NCBI GenBank assembly: GCA_963833095.1
Contig: CAWHWQ010000001.1
Coordinates: 800,001-864,000, forward strand
Direction of reading: 5' to 3'
DNA length: 64,000 nucleotides
From: Vulcanimicrobiota bacterium
GTDB taxonomy: Bacteria > Vulcanimicrobiota > Vulcanimicrobiia > Vulcanimicrobiales > Vulcanimicrobiaceae
Both the position numbers and the translations under genes were made by a program. Under the pieces are notes generated by a model. The model saw nothing but the letters and a program-made list of their open reading frames with translations. It was not told the DNA's origin and searched no databases. Each line of letters starts with the position of its first letter. The first letter of the stretch is position 1. Of this stretch, positions 30,916 through 42,272 are shown in pieces.

Positions 30916-33900
30916 GTGACCCAAACCGCTACGCCCGGCCTCGCATCACACGACGCGCTGCTTCGCGCGCTTGCGACGTCGCACCGTGCCCTCGCGCCGA
31001 TCCTCGACGCGTTGCGAACCGGCCATGGCACCTATGCGGTGCACGAAACGATCGCTGCCGCGCGTCCCGCTCTGCTCGCCTCGCTCTACCGCGCGATCGA
31101 GAAGCCGATGCTGGTCGTCATGCCCACGCCCGACGTCGCCGAACGCGCCTTCGCCGACCTTCTTTACTATCTGGGTGAAGAGGAGCCGCAACACGTCGCG
31201 CTGCTGCGCTCGCGCGACGAAGCGCTCGGCGCAATCGAGAGCCCCTCGGAACGCAGCGCGCGCATGACGCTTCTGGCCGATCTTGCCGCAGGACGCAGCC
31301 GCCTCGTGCTGGCGCCGGTCGCCGCTTTACGTCAGTACGTAATGCCGCGCACGCTGTTCGATGCCTTGCGCATGCCGCTGCGCGTGGGTGACGAGCCGGG
31401 CTTCGAACGCTTGCAAGAGCGTCTCTACACGCTAGGCTACGAGCGCACAGACGTCGTCAGCGCCGTCGGCGAATACGCCGTGCGCGGCGGAATTCTCGAT
31501 CTCTTTGCCGCCAGTGAAGACGCGCCGACGCGCATCGAGTTCTTCGGTGACGAGATCGAGAGCATGCGTCCCTTCGATCTCGCAACGCAGCGCAGCGAGG
31601 GCGAGCTTACCGCAATTGAAATCGCGCCGTGGAGCGAGATTCCGCGCGAAGCGCACTATCGCGCGCGGATCCTCGAACGTTTCGAAGGTCCCGACGCCGT
31701 CCGCAGCTCGCTTACCGCATATATCGAAAGCGGGAACGAGGTCCCAGCGTCGTGGCTTCCGCTTGCGTACGACGAACGCGCGACGCTGCTGAACTACTTA
31801 CGCGATGACGCGATCCTCGTGCTCGACGAGCCCGGCATGCTTGCCACCATCGAGCGCGCGCTTGAAGAGGAACGCTCGCGCGAGCAGAGCGTGCTCCTTG
31901 CCGGCGTTGAGTCGGGCGAATTTTCGGTCAGTGATTCCGAAGTCGACGACGCATTGCTCGCCGAGATCGCCGCGCCGCATCCGCGTCTGGACGAACTTTC
32001 GACCAAGATGCGCATGCATCCGATCCTGATCTTTCCCGGAGCGATCGAGCGCCACGACGATATGGAGTGGGTGCCGCGTCCCAATGCTTCGCGCGTGCTC
32101 GAGTGCCGGCCGGTCGAGCACTTCAATCGGCAAATCGAACTTTTTTCACAAAGCGTGCGCGAGTGGATCGCCGCCGGTGAGTCGTTGCACATCGTCAGCA
32201 GCGCCGTGTCGCGCACAGCCGACCTGCTGCGCGCGGCGGGCATCGCCCAGGATCGGGTCGACGTCGTTCACGGATCGATCGAGGCTGGGTTTGCCATTCC
32301 CGATCTGCGTCTGCGCGTGCTGGGAGATCGCGAGATCTTCGGCGCCCCGCCCAAGCGCGTCAAACTACGCGCCGTCAAAGAGGGCGTTCCGGTTACGCTG
32401 GCCGACCTTCGGGTGGGCGATTACGTGGTGCACGCCGTGCACGGGATCGGTCAATACTTGGGTTTGCGCACCGAAACGATTTTGGGCGCGACGCAAGACT
32501 ATCTCGATCTGGCCTACGCGGGTTCCGATCGCATGCTGGTCCCGGTCACGCAAATGCACCAGGTCACCAAATACTCATCGACCGAGGGGCAGCAGCCGCG
32601 TCTTTCCAAGATGGGCGGTGCCGATTGGGCGCGCACCAAGTCCCGCGTCTCCGAGTCACTGGCAAAGATCGCCGACGGTCTCGTACATCTGTACGCCGAG
32701 CGTGAGTTGAGCCGTGGTTTTCAATTCGGTCCCGACACGCCGTGGCAAGCCGAGATGGAAGAGGCGTTTCCGTACGAGCCGACACCCGATCAGGGCAAAG
32801 CGATCGACGCGGTCAAGGGCGACATGGAAAAGGCCCAGCCGATGGATCGTCTGGTGTGCGGCGACGTCGGCTACGGCAAGACCGAAGTTGCGATGCGCGC
32901 GGCGTTCAAAGCCGTCGCCGAAAAAAAGCAAGTCGCGGTGCTCGTGCCAACCACCCTGCTGGCCGATCAGCACTACCGCAATTTCAGCGCGCGCTTCGCG
33001 GGTTTTCCGCTGCGCATCGAAGAGCTCTCGCGTTTTAAGACCAAGGCTGAAGCGCGCGCAATTCTAGCCGATTTGGCGCTCGGAAAAGTCGACGTCGTCA
33101 TCGGCACGCACCGTCTCTTGCAAAAAGACGTCGCCTTCGCCGACCTCGGCCTCATCGTCATCGACGAAGAGCAGCGCTTCGGCGTCATGCACAAGGAGCG
33201 CCTCAAGGAATATAAGACCTCGGTCGACGTGCTCACCCTCTCGGCGACGCCGATCCCGCGCACGCTGCATATGTCGCTGATGGGTGTGCGCGATCTCTCG
33301 TTAATCCAAACCGCGCCGAAGAACCGCATGTCGGTCAAGACGGTGGTCGTACCGGCCAGCGATGCGATCGTCCAGCGCGCGATCACCGCCGAACTCGACC
33401 GCGGCGGTCAGGTCTACTATCTGCACAATCGCGTCGAATCGATTTTCGCGGTGAAGAACGCGCTCGAGCGGCTCGTCCCGCGCGCGCGCATCGCCGTCGG
33501 ACACGGGCAGATGCACGAGAACGAGCTCGAACCCGTGATGCAATCCTTCATCGACGGCGAGACCGACGTGCTGGTTGCGACCACGATCATCGAGAACGGC
33601 ATCGATATTCCCAATGTCAACACGATGATCGTGAGCGACGCGGATAAATTCGGCCTCGCGCAACTCTATCAACTGCGCGGACGTGTCGGTCGCTCGAATC
33701 ATCAGGCGTATTGTTATCTGCTCTACCAGGGGCACAAGGCGTTGACCGAAGAGGCCAAAGCGCGGCTCGAGGCGATTCGCGAATTCACTCACCTCGGATC
33801 GGGACTGCAGATTGCAATGCGCGATCTCGAGATTCGCGGTGCGGGCAACTTGCTGGGCGCTGCGCAGTCGGGATTCATCGGCTCGGTCGGCTTCGACACC

Positions 33901-34410
33901 TACTGCCAGCTCTTGGCCGACGCGATCGCCGAACGCCGCGGGATGGCTGCCTCGCTGGATGACCGCCGCGAGGCGGTGATCGACGTCAAGATCAGCGCCT
34001 TCATTCCAAACGATTACATCCCCCAGGTCTCGCAAAAGATCGCAGTCTATCAGCAGCTCGCCAAAGCCCGCTCGCAAATGGCAGTCGAGGAGATAGCCGC
34101 TGGGGTGCGGGATCGCTTTGGACCTCTGCCGCTACCGCTCGAGCGACTGGTGGAACTAACCAAGCTGCGGGCGATCGCTCTAGAGCGTCGGGTTACGCGC
34201 GTGGTCGTCGACGAGCGGCGCCTGACCCTAGGCGTAGGCACCGGGTTCGAGCTCGACCCGGCGGCTATTCCCAAGCTCCAATCGCTGACCAAGAACCGCT
34301 TTCGCTTCGCCGAGGGCAAGATCGTGGTCGACTTGCCCGCGCTGCCGGCCGCCGAGGCGCCCGAGACGACGTGGATGCCGTTGCTCAGAAAGCTCCTCGA
34401 AGCTCTTTGA
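30916..34410 (+). CDS. mfd: Transcription-repair coupling factor
   Basis: UvrB-like N-terminus, CarD-like RID, CGDVGYGKT, DEEQRFG, QLRGRVGR, TRG motif. Confidence 0.98.
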   Translation: MTQTATPGLASHDALLRALATSHRALAPILDALRTGHGTYAVHETIAAARPALLASLYRAIEKPMLVVMPTPDVAERAFADLLYYLGEEEPQHVALLRSRDEALGAIESPSERSARMTLLADLAAGRSRLVLAPVAALRQYVMPRTLFDALRMPLRVGDEPGFERLQERLYTLGYERTDVVSAVGEYAVRGGILDLFAASEDAPTRIEFFGDEIESMRPFDLATQRSEGELTAIEIAPWSEIPREAHYRARILERFEGPDAVRSSLTAYIESGNEVPASWLPLAYDERATLLNYLRDDAILVLDEPGMLATIERALEEERSREQSVLLAGVESGEFSVSDSEVDDALLAEIAAPHPRLDELSTKMRMHPILIFPGAIERHDDMEWVPRPNASRVLECRPVEHFNRQIELFSQSVREWIAAGESLHIVSSAVSRTADLLRAAGIAQDRVDVVHGSIEAGFAIPDLRLRVLGDREIFGAPPKRVKLRAVKEGVPVTLADLRVGDYVVHAVHGIGQYLGLRTETILGATQDYLDLAYAGSDRMLVPVTQMHQVTKYSSTEGQQPRLSKMGGADWARTKSRVSESLAKIADGLVHLYAERELSRGFQFGPDTPWQAEMEEAFPYEPTPDQGKAIDAVKGDMEKAQPMDRLVCGDVGYGKTEVAMRAAFKAVAEKKQVAVLVPTTLLADQHYRNFSARFAGFPLRIEELSRFKTKAEARAILADLALGKVDVVIGTHRLLQKDVAFADLGLIVIDEEQRFGVMHKERLKEYKTSVDVLTLSATPIPRTLHMSLMGVRDLSLIQTAPKNRMSVKTVVVPASDAIVQRAITAELDRGGQVYYLHNRVESIFAVKNALERLVPRARIAVGHGQMHENELEPVMQSFIDGETDVLVATTIIENGIDIPNVNTMIVSDADKFGLAQLYQLRGRVGRSNHQAYCYLLYQGHKALTEEAKARLEAIREFTHLGSGLQIAMRDLEIRGAGNLLGAAQSGFIGSVGFDTYCQLLADAIAERRGMAASLDDRREAVIDVKISAFIPNDYIPQVSQKIAVYQQLAKARSQMAVEEIAAGVRDRFGPLPLPLERLVELTKLRAIALERRVTRVVVDERRLTLGVGTGFELDPAAIPKLQSLTKNRFRFAEGKIVVDLPALPAAEAPETTWMPLLRKLLEAL

Positions 34411-34465
34411 ACCACCCCTCTCTAGAGGGCCTGGCTCGAGGCCGAACGAACCCCAGGCCCCATCG

Positions 34466-34491
34466 GCGGAGCCCAAAATGCTCCGCTTTCC
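34466..34491 (+). terminator. Possible intrinsic terminator after mfd
   Basis: GCGGAGC-7nt-GCTCCGC hairpin followed by TTTCC; a second stem GGGCCTGG/CCAGGCCC at 34427-34460. Confidence 0.3.
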
Positions 34492-34523
34492 TACGCACCG
34501 ACCTTTCCTAGTCTGGAGTGATC

Positions 34524-35515
34524 ATGTCGAACCTCTCCCGCGTCGCCGCGGGTCTAGCCACGCTGCTCTTGGCCATTGCGGTCACCGCTTGTTCGAGCGG
34601 CGGCACGCTGGCGACCGTCAACGGGCAGGCCATCAGCACCTCGGAATTCGATAACAAACTCGAGGCGAGCCCGACCGCGATCTCGACGCTGCAGCAGATG
34701 GTCCGCGAAATTCTGCTCGAACAATACGCGCAGAAGAACAATATCACTGTGAGCGATGCCGACATCGCCGCGCGCGAGGATCAGATCAAAGCAAACTTCC
34801 CGCCGGGATCGTGGAGCGACATGCTCAAGTCGCGCGGCCTGACCGAAGACGACGTGCATAAGCTCCTACGCGATCAAATCATCATCGACAAGGCCGTCGG
34901 CAAGAACGTCAAGGTCTCCGACGCGCAGATCGCGGCATATTTCGCGAAGAACCACGCCTCGTTCGATAAGCCCGCGCAGGTGCAGGCGCGCCACATCTTG
35001 GTCGCCGATCTCAAGACCGCGCAGAAAGTCGAAACTGACCTCAAGGGCGGCGCGAACTTCGCGACCGAGGCGCAGAAATATTCGATCGATCCGGGCAGCA
35101 AAGACAAAGGCGGCGAGCTCGGTCAGATCCGCCACGGGCAGATGGTGCCAGCTTTGACGCAGCCGTGTTCTCACTGCCGGTGGGCGTGATTAGCGCACCG
35201 GTCAAATCGCCGTTCGGCTACCACATCATTCAGGTTGAAAGCCGTACGCCGGGCACGACCGCGACGCTAGCAAACACGAAGGACAAGATCGCCGACATGT
35301 TGCGTCAGCAACAGGAAGCGCCGTTGATTCAGCCGTTCCTTACGGATCTGCAGAGCAAGGCGAACATCCAGATCAACGATCCGCGGTTCCAGGCAGCCTT
35401 CCCGACGCCCGAACCGACGCGCCGGGCGGGCACCGGCCGCCGCCGCGCCCAACGGTGCAGCGCCCAACGGCGCGGTATCGCCGGCAGCGACCGCCACCCC
35501 GTAACTGCCGTGTAA
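34524..35515 (+). CDS. prsA: PrsA-like parvulin peptidyl-prolyl isomerase lipoprotein (frameshift near 35150, probably another near 35420)
   Basis: VTAC lipobox, ARHILV, YSIDPGSKDKGGELG, PVKSPFGYHII; true stop may be 35504. Confidence 0.85.
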
Positions 35516-35520
35516 AGGTA

Positions 35521-35545
35521 GGGCCCCCGAATGGGGGCCTTCGCT
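35521..35545 (+). terminator. GC-rich hairpin after prsA
   Basis: GGCCCCC-GAAT-GGGGGCC stem with weak T tail. Confidence 0.45.
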
Positions 35546-35566
35546 CTATCTCGAACCAGATTTCGC

Positions 35567-36760
35567 ATGCTCGTTCGTATCGTTGGACTTGGACCCGGTG
35601 ACCCCGGATACCTGACGGTCGGAAGCCTCGACGCTTTGCGCGAGTGCTCGCGAGTGGTTGCGCTGCTCGCGCCCCCGGACTTGGTGAAGGCGCTCGAATC
35701 GAACGGCATTCCTGTCGATCGCGCGCTGATCCCCGACGCAACCTCGCTCGCGCACGGCAGTGCTGACGCAATCGCCCAGTTCGTCGCCGCGCTGAGTTCG
35801 CTGCCGATCGAAGCCCTCGGTCTTGGTGTCCTCGGTAATCCACTCTCCGATCTGCCCGGACTTCCGCCGCTCTTACGCGCACTCGAAGCGCAGGGTCATA
35901 CGACGCGCATCACCCCGGGGATGCCGCACGCAACGCTCTCCGCGGCGATCGCCATGCCGCTCGTCCCGTTGCCGCCGCAGTCGCAACATTATTCGTGGGA
36001 CGATCTCGTCGAGATCATGGCCCGTCTGCGTGACGGATGCCCCTGGGATCGCGAGCAAACGCATCGCACGCTGGTACCCTATCTGATCGAAGAGACCTAC
36101 GAAGTCGTCGAAGCCATCGAGGCCGAGGATCTGGGGGCGCTCTGCGAAGAGCTGGGCGATCTCTTGCTGCAGATCGTTTTCCACGCGCAACTCGGCTCGG
36201 AGACCGGCAAGTTCACCGTTGCCGACGTCGTCGACGCACTTTCCAACAAGATGGTCCGCCGTCATCCGCATGTCTTCGGCGACGCTGTGATCGAGGATGT
36301 CGATTCACAGTGGCGCAGTTGGGAGACGCTCAAAGCCCAAGAAGCCACCGGACAAAAGCGCAAGAGCCGGCTGGAAGGCATTCCTAAGTACATGGGCGCG
36401 CTGCAGCGCGGGCAGCGCATGCAAGAGAAAGCCTCGCGCGTTGGATTCGATTGGCCGAACATCGGCGGCGTGCTCGACAAACTGCACGAAGAACTTACGG
36501 AACTCACCGAGGCGCGGCGCCTCAAAGCCGATGATCCGCACGTGCGCGAGGAGCTGGGCGACGTGCTCTTTACGGTCGTCAATCTCTCGCGCGCGCTCGG
36601 CATCGACGCCGAGACCGCGATGCGTGAAGCCAACGAGAAATTCTACCGGCGGTTCGCCTTCATGGAAGAGCGCGCCGCCGCAAACGGCAAGACGCTTTCC
36701 GATCTCTCGCTCGACGAACTCGAGGAACTGTGGCAACTGGCAAAGACCCAAGCAGCATAA
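35567..36760 (+). CDS. mazG: Nucleoside triphosphate pyrophosphohydrolase MazG (YabN-type, tetrapyrrole-methylase-like N-terminus)
   Basis: IVGLGPGD N-terminus; [29 protein letters not shown]. Confidence 0.95.
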   Translation: MLVRIVGLGPGDPGYLTVGSLDALRECSRVVALLAPPDLVKALESNGIPVDRALIPDATSLAHGSADAIAQFVAALSSLPIEALGLGVLGNPLSDLPGLPPLLRALEAQGHTTRITPGMPHATLSAAIAMPLVPLPPQSQHYSWDDLVEIMARLRDGCPWDREQTHRTLVPYLIEETYEVVEAIEAEDLGALCEELGDLLLQIVFHAQLGSETGKFTVADVVDALSNKMVRRHPHVFGDAVIEDVDSQWRSWETLKAQEATGQKRKSRLEGIPKYMGALQRGQRMQEKASRVGFDWPNIGGVLDKLHEELTELTEARRLKADDPHVREELGDVLFTVVNLSRALGIDAETAMREANEKFYRRFAFMEERAAANGKTLSDLSLDELEELWQLAKTQAA

Positions 36761-37137
36761 CCGCGTTCATTCGTCTGCGGATGAGCGCGCACGACGCGCA
36801 TTACGGCGGAAACCTCGTCGACGGCGCGCGAATGCTCGCCCTCTTCGGCGACGTCGCGACCGAGCTGCTTATTCGTCTCGACGGCGACGAGGGGCTGTTT
36901 GTCGCCTACGACAAGGTGGAATTTCTCGCACCGGTCTACGCCGGCGACTACATCGAAGCGCATGGCCGCATCACCGGCGTCGGCAACACCTCGCGCGCAA
37001 TGGAATTCGAAGCGCGTAAAGTGATCGCGGCACGAAGCGACGTGGGCGCGAGCGCCGCGGACTATTTGAGCGAGCCGATAGTCGTTTGCCGCGCGAGCGG
37101 CACCTGCGTCACGCCGAAAGATAAAAAACGCAAATAA
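36730..37137 (+). CDS. kal: 3-aminobutyryl-CoA ammonia-lyase-like hotdog-fold protein
   Basis: [17 protein letters not shown]...FGDVATEL...DGDEGLF..Y..VEFLAPV.AGD; GAGGA before the GTG start. Confidence 0.85.
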   Translation: MATGKDPSSITAFIRLRMSAHDAHYGGNLVDGARMLALFGDVATELLIRLDGDEGLFVAYDKVEFLAPVYAGDYIEAHGRITGVGNTSRAMEFEARKVIAARSDVGASAADYLSEPIVVCRASGTCVTPKDKKRK

Positions 37138-37139
37138 CC

Positions 37140-37376
37140 CTTGTCATCCCGAGCGTAGGGAACGTAGTGACCGTAGTCGAGGGACCACAACTACCTACTG
37201 CCCTCGAAGACGCTCGTCGCATCACATCCTGTGCCGCTCCTGCTGCGCGAGTTTTGCGCCACAACCAAAGGAAGTTCGCATCCTGCGAATGGCGCAAAAC
37301 TTCGAGCCTTCTCCGGCCGCAGGTAGTTGTGCTTCCCTCGACTACGGCGCTTCGCGCCTACGCTCGGGATGACAAG
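37140..37376. repeat. 237-bp palindromic (REP/RPE/MITE-like) element
   Basis: Perfect 20-bp terminal inverted repeat CTTGTCATCCCGAGCGTAGG plus inner matching blocks CCGTAGTCGAGGGA and CACAACTACCT. Confidence 0.9.
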
Positions 37377-37377
37377 A

Positions 37378-38768
37378 TCAAACCAGACGTGCGTGCGTTT
37401 TCTTCTTCCAGAAGAACTCGTAGTATGTAAACTGCGCGCACAGCATGAAGCAATAGTACGCCGGGTATCCGGCCCACACTCCGGGAAGACCGAAATGTTT
37501 CATGCAGAAATACGCCACGGGGACCTCGATCGCCCAGATGCCGACCAGGCCGTTGAGCGTGGGAACGAGCACCGTACCGCTACTGCGCATCACGCCGCTG
37601 ATAATCGCACTGTTTCCGAAGATCAAATACGACCAGAGCGTAATCATCAGCAGTTCATGCGCGATTTGTACCGTCGGCGGGTCGGTGATAAAGAGCTCCA
37701 ACAGCGGAGTAGCGAGCAGATAGCAAAGTGTCACTAGAATTCCGCCGACCGCATAGTTCAGGGTGACCGCCGAACGAATGACGCTGCCCAACTTATCCTC
37801 GCGGCGCGCGCCAATGCACTGCGCGCCAAAAATCGACGCGGCAATGCCGATGGAGATCGCGGGGAACTGCACGTAGTTGACGATCTGGTTGACCGCACCG
37901 TATGCGGCGGTTGCGTGGGGGCCATAGTGATTCACGAAGCTGATGATTGCGATCTCGGCAAGTGAGACCATGATGACCTGAATGCCCGTCGCGACGCCGA
38001 TCCGAATGACATTCCACAAGATATGCGGGTCGATGATCATGTCGCGGGCCATCTCGAGGTCGAATTTCAGCGGGCTCTTTCGACGCGCGAGCAAGACCAA
38101 GAGTCCGACAAGGCCGACGAAGTTCGCGATAATGCCCGAAACCGCGGCACTGACGACGCCGAGATGCGGCAGACCGAACCATCCTTGGATGAATGCCGGC
38201 GTAAAGAAGACCGCGAGCACGGAGCTTACGATCAGGAAGTAGAGCGGTGTCTGCGAGTCGCCGACACCGCGCAGAAACGTCGTATAGACCAGATAGGGAA
38301 AGATGATCGGCGCCGTGAGGAAGATCACGCGCGTGTAGTGGTCGGAATCCTGCAGAATGGCCGCAGGCGTGCCGAGTACCTGCAACATCCATGGCGAAAT
38401 CAGCGGGCCAACGATCGCGATGGCAATCGCAAAGAGCATCGTCGCGCCCAGAACGGTGCCCGCAATTTTCTTCACCTTGTGTTCGTCGCGCGCACCGAAG
38501 GCCTGGCCGATCAGGACGGTGCTGCCGCTGGCGATGCCGATCAGAAACGAGAACAGCAAAAAGACGACGGGGAATACTGCCGACACCGCGGCCAACGCGT
38601 TGACACCGATCATCCGTCCGAGAAAGATCGCGGCGAACGTCTGCGAAGCCGATTGCAAAATATTGCTGATCATCAGCGGCACAAGAAGATCAACAAAAGC
38701 TGCCACATCGGCTTGCTCTCGTCGAAAATGTTGACGCCCATGCGCCGGGCCGGGGTCGCTTGTGCCAT
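37378..38768 (-). CDS. MATE family efflux transporter (frameshift near 38683)
   Basis: About 12 TMs, LIGQAFGA, LRGVGDS.TPL; N-terminus MAQATPARRMGVNIFDESKPMW lies in another frame. Confidence 0.9.
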
Positions 38769-38857
38769 AAGCCCTACTCGTTGGCACGCGGGCGAGAAAC
38801 TCCCGGGACCCATAGCGCTGTTTTCTTAATCGTGCCGTGGTAAGCTAGGGCATTGCA

Positions 38858-39133
38858 ATGCGGTTGGATAAGTTCATGAAGATATCCCGTCTTTCGAAAC
38901 GGCGCAGCGAAGCGCACGAGGCGCTGGAACACGGCCGGATCACGAAAGACGGCAAGCCGCTCAAGCCCGCATACAATGTCAAGCCCGGCGACGTGCTCGA
39001 GATTCACTACGCGACCCGCTTCGTCACCGTGCGCGTGCTCGACGTGCCGCTGCGCATGACGCCCGGCGTCAAAGCCGCCGAGCTCTACGAAATCGTCGAG
39101 ACGCGCAAAGACGAACCGGCCGAATGGGTGTAA
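38858..39133 (+). CDS. S4-domain RNA-binding protein (YabO/Hsp15-like)
   Basis: MRLDKFMKISRL.KRRS.A...GRI...KPA..VK.GD. Confidence 0.9.
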   Translation: MRLDKFMKISRLSKRRSEAHEALEHGRITKDGKPLKPAYNVKPGDVLEIHYATRFVTVRVLDVPLRMTPGVKAAELYEIVETRKDEPAEWV

Positions 39134-40014
39134 GTCCGGATGAGTGCGTCTCGATCTCCGCAGACACCAAGGACGCGCTGGCACGCGACATGCCGCAGGC
39201 GGCGCACTGCCGATCGGCGCTGCTCGCCGGGCTTGCGCTCTACGGCGCAACGCTGCTCGCACCGTCTTCGTCACGCATCGCAACGTCGATTGCGCGTCTC
39301 TTTTGGTCGCTGCTCGACGATCGAAAGTCGCATCCGATCGAGAGCGCGCGCGGCAACGCGCCTTGCGCGCCTGCCGACGTTCGCGATCGCGCTGCCCGCG
39401 CGGCTGCGCGCGCATCCGCCGAAGCCAACGCTCAAGTGCGACCGCTTGATGGAGATTCGCGCGGCTTTCCTGGCCTGCGGTTCGCTCGCCGCCGGAGCGC
39501 ACGGCTACCACTTGGAGTTCGTGCTGGCCGACGCCCGATCTCGCCGCGCGTCTGGCATGGATGCTCCGCAGCACCGGACGCGCGCCAAAACAGACGCTGC
39601 GTAAAGCGCCGCGACGTGCTCTACTACAAGGACTTCGAAGCGATCGTCGAGCGTGCTGACGCTGATCGGCGCGTTCGCCGCCGTGCTGCATCTCGAAGAC
39701 GTCCGCGCGTTGCGCGAGACCAAGAACCGCATCCATCGCTGGTCAATACCGAGGCCGCCAATATGGAGCGCGCCGCCGCCGCCGCCGCCGATGCAGCGGC
39801 GGACCATCGAATACGTGGCCAACGCCTACGGCTCTGCGAGCTTTCGCCGGCGCTGCGCGAGATCGCGGAGCTGCGGCTGGCCCATCCCGACGAGTCCCTG
39901 GCGGAGCTTGGGGCGCCGTTGCAATCCGCCGATCGCCAAGCCCACGGTCAGCAGCCGCTTGAGCGCGCTGAGCCGGCTGGCCGGCGCGCCTGCGCAGCGG
40001 CAGGGGCGCGCTAA
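39124..40014 (+). CDS. whiA: DNA-binding protein WhiA (multiple frameshifts)
   Basis: [47 protein letters not shown] fragments in shifting frames. Confidence 0.82.
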   Translation: MGVSPDECVSISADTKDALARDMPQAAHCRSALLAGLALYGATLLAPSSSRIATSIARLFWSLLDDRKSHPIESARGNAPCAPADVRDRAARAAARASAEANAQVRPLDGDSRGFPGLRFARRRSARLPLGVRAGRRPISPRVWHGCSAAPDARQNRRCVKRRDVLYYKDFEAIVERADADRRVRRRAASRRRPRVARDQEPHPSLVNTEAANMERAAAAAADAAADHRIRGQRLRLCELSPALREIAELRLAHPDESLAELGAPLQSADRQAHGQQPLERAEPAGRRACAAAGAR

Positions 40015-40042
40015 CCACGGCCCGGTATGGTTGCGCAGGGCT

Positions 40043-41061
40043 ATGCGCATCGGGATCAACGGCTTCGGCCGCATCGGCCGGAATTTTGCCAAGGCGCTGC
40101 TGCGAGCGCCATCCGCAACGTCGAGATCGTCGCCGTCAACGACCTCACCAGCGCCGCCGAATGCGCGCACCTCTTCAAGTACGACAGCAACTACGGGACG
40201 TTCGCGGCAGCGTCAGCGTCGACGGCGACACGATCGTCGATCGACGGCAAGCGCATCAAAGTGCTGGCCGAGCGCGACCCGGCAAGCTGCCGTGGAAGGA
40301 TCTCGGCGTCGACGTCGTCATCGAATCGACCGGCCTCTTCACCGATGCCGACAAAGCGCGCGCGCACATCGACGGCGGCGGCGCCAAAAAAGTGATCATC
40401 TCCGCGCCGGCCAAAGGCGAGGACATCACGATCGTGCTCGGCGTCAACGAGAACACTACGATCCCGCCAAGCACAACGTGATCTCGAACGCCTCGTGCAC
40501 GACGAACTGCTTGGCGACCGGCGGTAAAGCCGATGGTCGATCATCTCGGCTGGGTCAAGGGGTTCATGACGACGATTCACTCGTACACCAACGATCAAGA
40601 ACATCCTCGACGCGCCGCACAAGGACATGCGCCGCGCGCGCAACGCCGCGACCAACATCATGCCGACGCTCGACCGGCGCCGCGAAAGCGCTCTACCTGA
40701 CGATTCCCGAAGTCAAAGGCACGTTCGACGGCTTCGCGCTGCGCGTGCCGACGCCGACCGTCTCGATGATCTATCTCGTCGCGCACGTCAAGAAGGCGAC
40801 GACCCGAGACGAGCTCAACGCGATTCTCCGCGCCGAAGCCGAAGGCCCGCTCAAGAAGTACGTCCAGTACACCGAGGAAGAGCTCGTCTCGAGCGACTTC
40901 AAGCGCATCCCCACAGCTCGATCATCGACGCAAAGCTGACCAACGCCAACGGCGACCTGATCCAGATCGGCGCGTGGTACGACAACGAGTGGGGCTACTC
41001 GTGCCGCCTCGCCGATCTCACGGCGATGGTGCTCGCAAAGCTTCCGAGCAGAGCGTGTTGA
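40043..41061 (+). CDS. gap: Type I glyceraldehyde-3-phosphate dehydrogenase (multiple frameshifts)
   Basis: [39 protein letters not shown]. Confidence 0.95.
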
Positions 41062-42272
41062 ACTTTCGCACTCTCGACGACCTCGACGTGCGCGGCAAGC
41101 GCGTGCTCGTTCGCGAAGATCTCAACGTTCCGCATGGAGGACGGGAAGGTCGCCGACGACACGCGCATCGACGCGGCGCTGCCGACGCTGCGCTGGCTGC
41201 ACGAACGCGGTGCGCGCGACGATCGTGCTGTCGCACCTCGGCCGGCCCGAGGCCCGAAGCCCCTCCGGGGCACCTCAGGGTGACATGCTCAAGTATTCGC
41301 TGCGACCGGTCGCGGCCGCGCTTGCGCAGCGGCTCGGCAGCCGGTCGCGTTCGCCGACGACTGCGTCGGTCCGACGCTGCGGGAGCGCGGTCGCACGCTG
41401 TCACGACGGCGACGTGCTGCTGCTCGAGAACGTGCGCTTTCACGCCGGGGAGGAGCGCAACGATCCGGCGTTCGCTGCCGAGCTCGCCGAGCTCGGCGAC
41501 CTCTACGTCAACGACGCGTTCGGTACCGCGCATCGCGCGCACGCCTCGACCGAAGGCGTCGCGCACCTGCTGCCAAACGCGGCCGGACTCTTGATGGAAG
41601 CCGAACTCGCCGCGCTCGCGCGGCTGACCGACGATCCGGTCAAGCCGTTCGTGTGCGTGATCGGCGGCGCGAAGGTCAAGGACAAAATCGGCGTGTTCAC
41701 GCACTTGATGAACAAGCGTCGACGCGTTCTGTATCGGCGGCGGCATGGCGAACACGTTTCTCGCCGCGCTCGGCATCAACGTCGGGAAGTCGCTGCGCGA
41801 CGACGATCTCGAGCCGGCGCGGCGATTCTCGACGCTGCCGCGCACAGCGGCGTCGCGCTGCACCTGCCGACCGACGCGGTCGTCGCGACCTGCGTTCGAT
41901 GCCGATGATCGGGCGCACACCGTCGCGATCGACGCCGTCGGCGACGCGATGATCCTCGACATCGGGCCCGCGACCGCCGCAGGCGTATGCGGCGGTATCA
42001 GCGCGCGCAAGACGATCGTCTTCAACGGCCCGATGGGCGTCTACGAGAAAGCCGCCGTATCGAGACGGCACGAAGGTCGTCGGCGAAGCGATCGCGCGCG
42101 CGACAAGCGCGCGGCGCGACCAGCGTCGTCGGCGGCGGCGATGCGGCGGCGGCCGCGCACGTGCTGGGCTTCGCCGCGGCGATGACGCACGTCTCGACCG
42201 GCGGCGGCGCGACGCTCGAGTTTCTGGAGGGCAAGACGCTGCCCGGCGTCGCGGCGCTCGGAACGAAGCTGA
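41058..42272 (+). CDS. pgk: Phosphoglycerate kinase (multiple frameshifts)
   Basis: [53 protein letters not shown]. Confidence 0.95.

Noticed and set aside
35444..35470. GCGCCCAACGG direct repeat at the end of prsA
   Set aside because: Encodes a low-complexity APNG tail; not an independent element
37759..37768. CAGGGTGAC match to the pgk-type repeat end inside the MATE gene
   Set aside because: Short match with no hairpin or second block; coincidental
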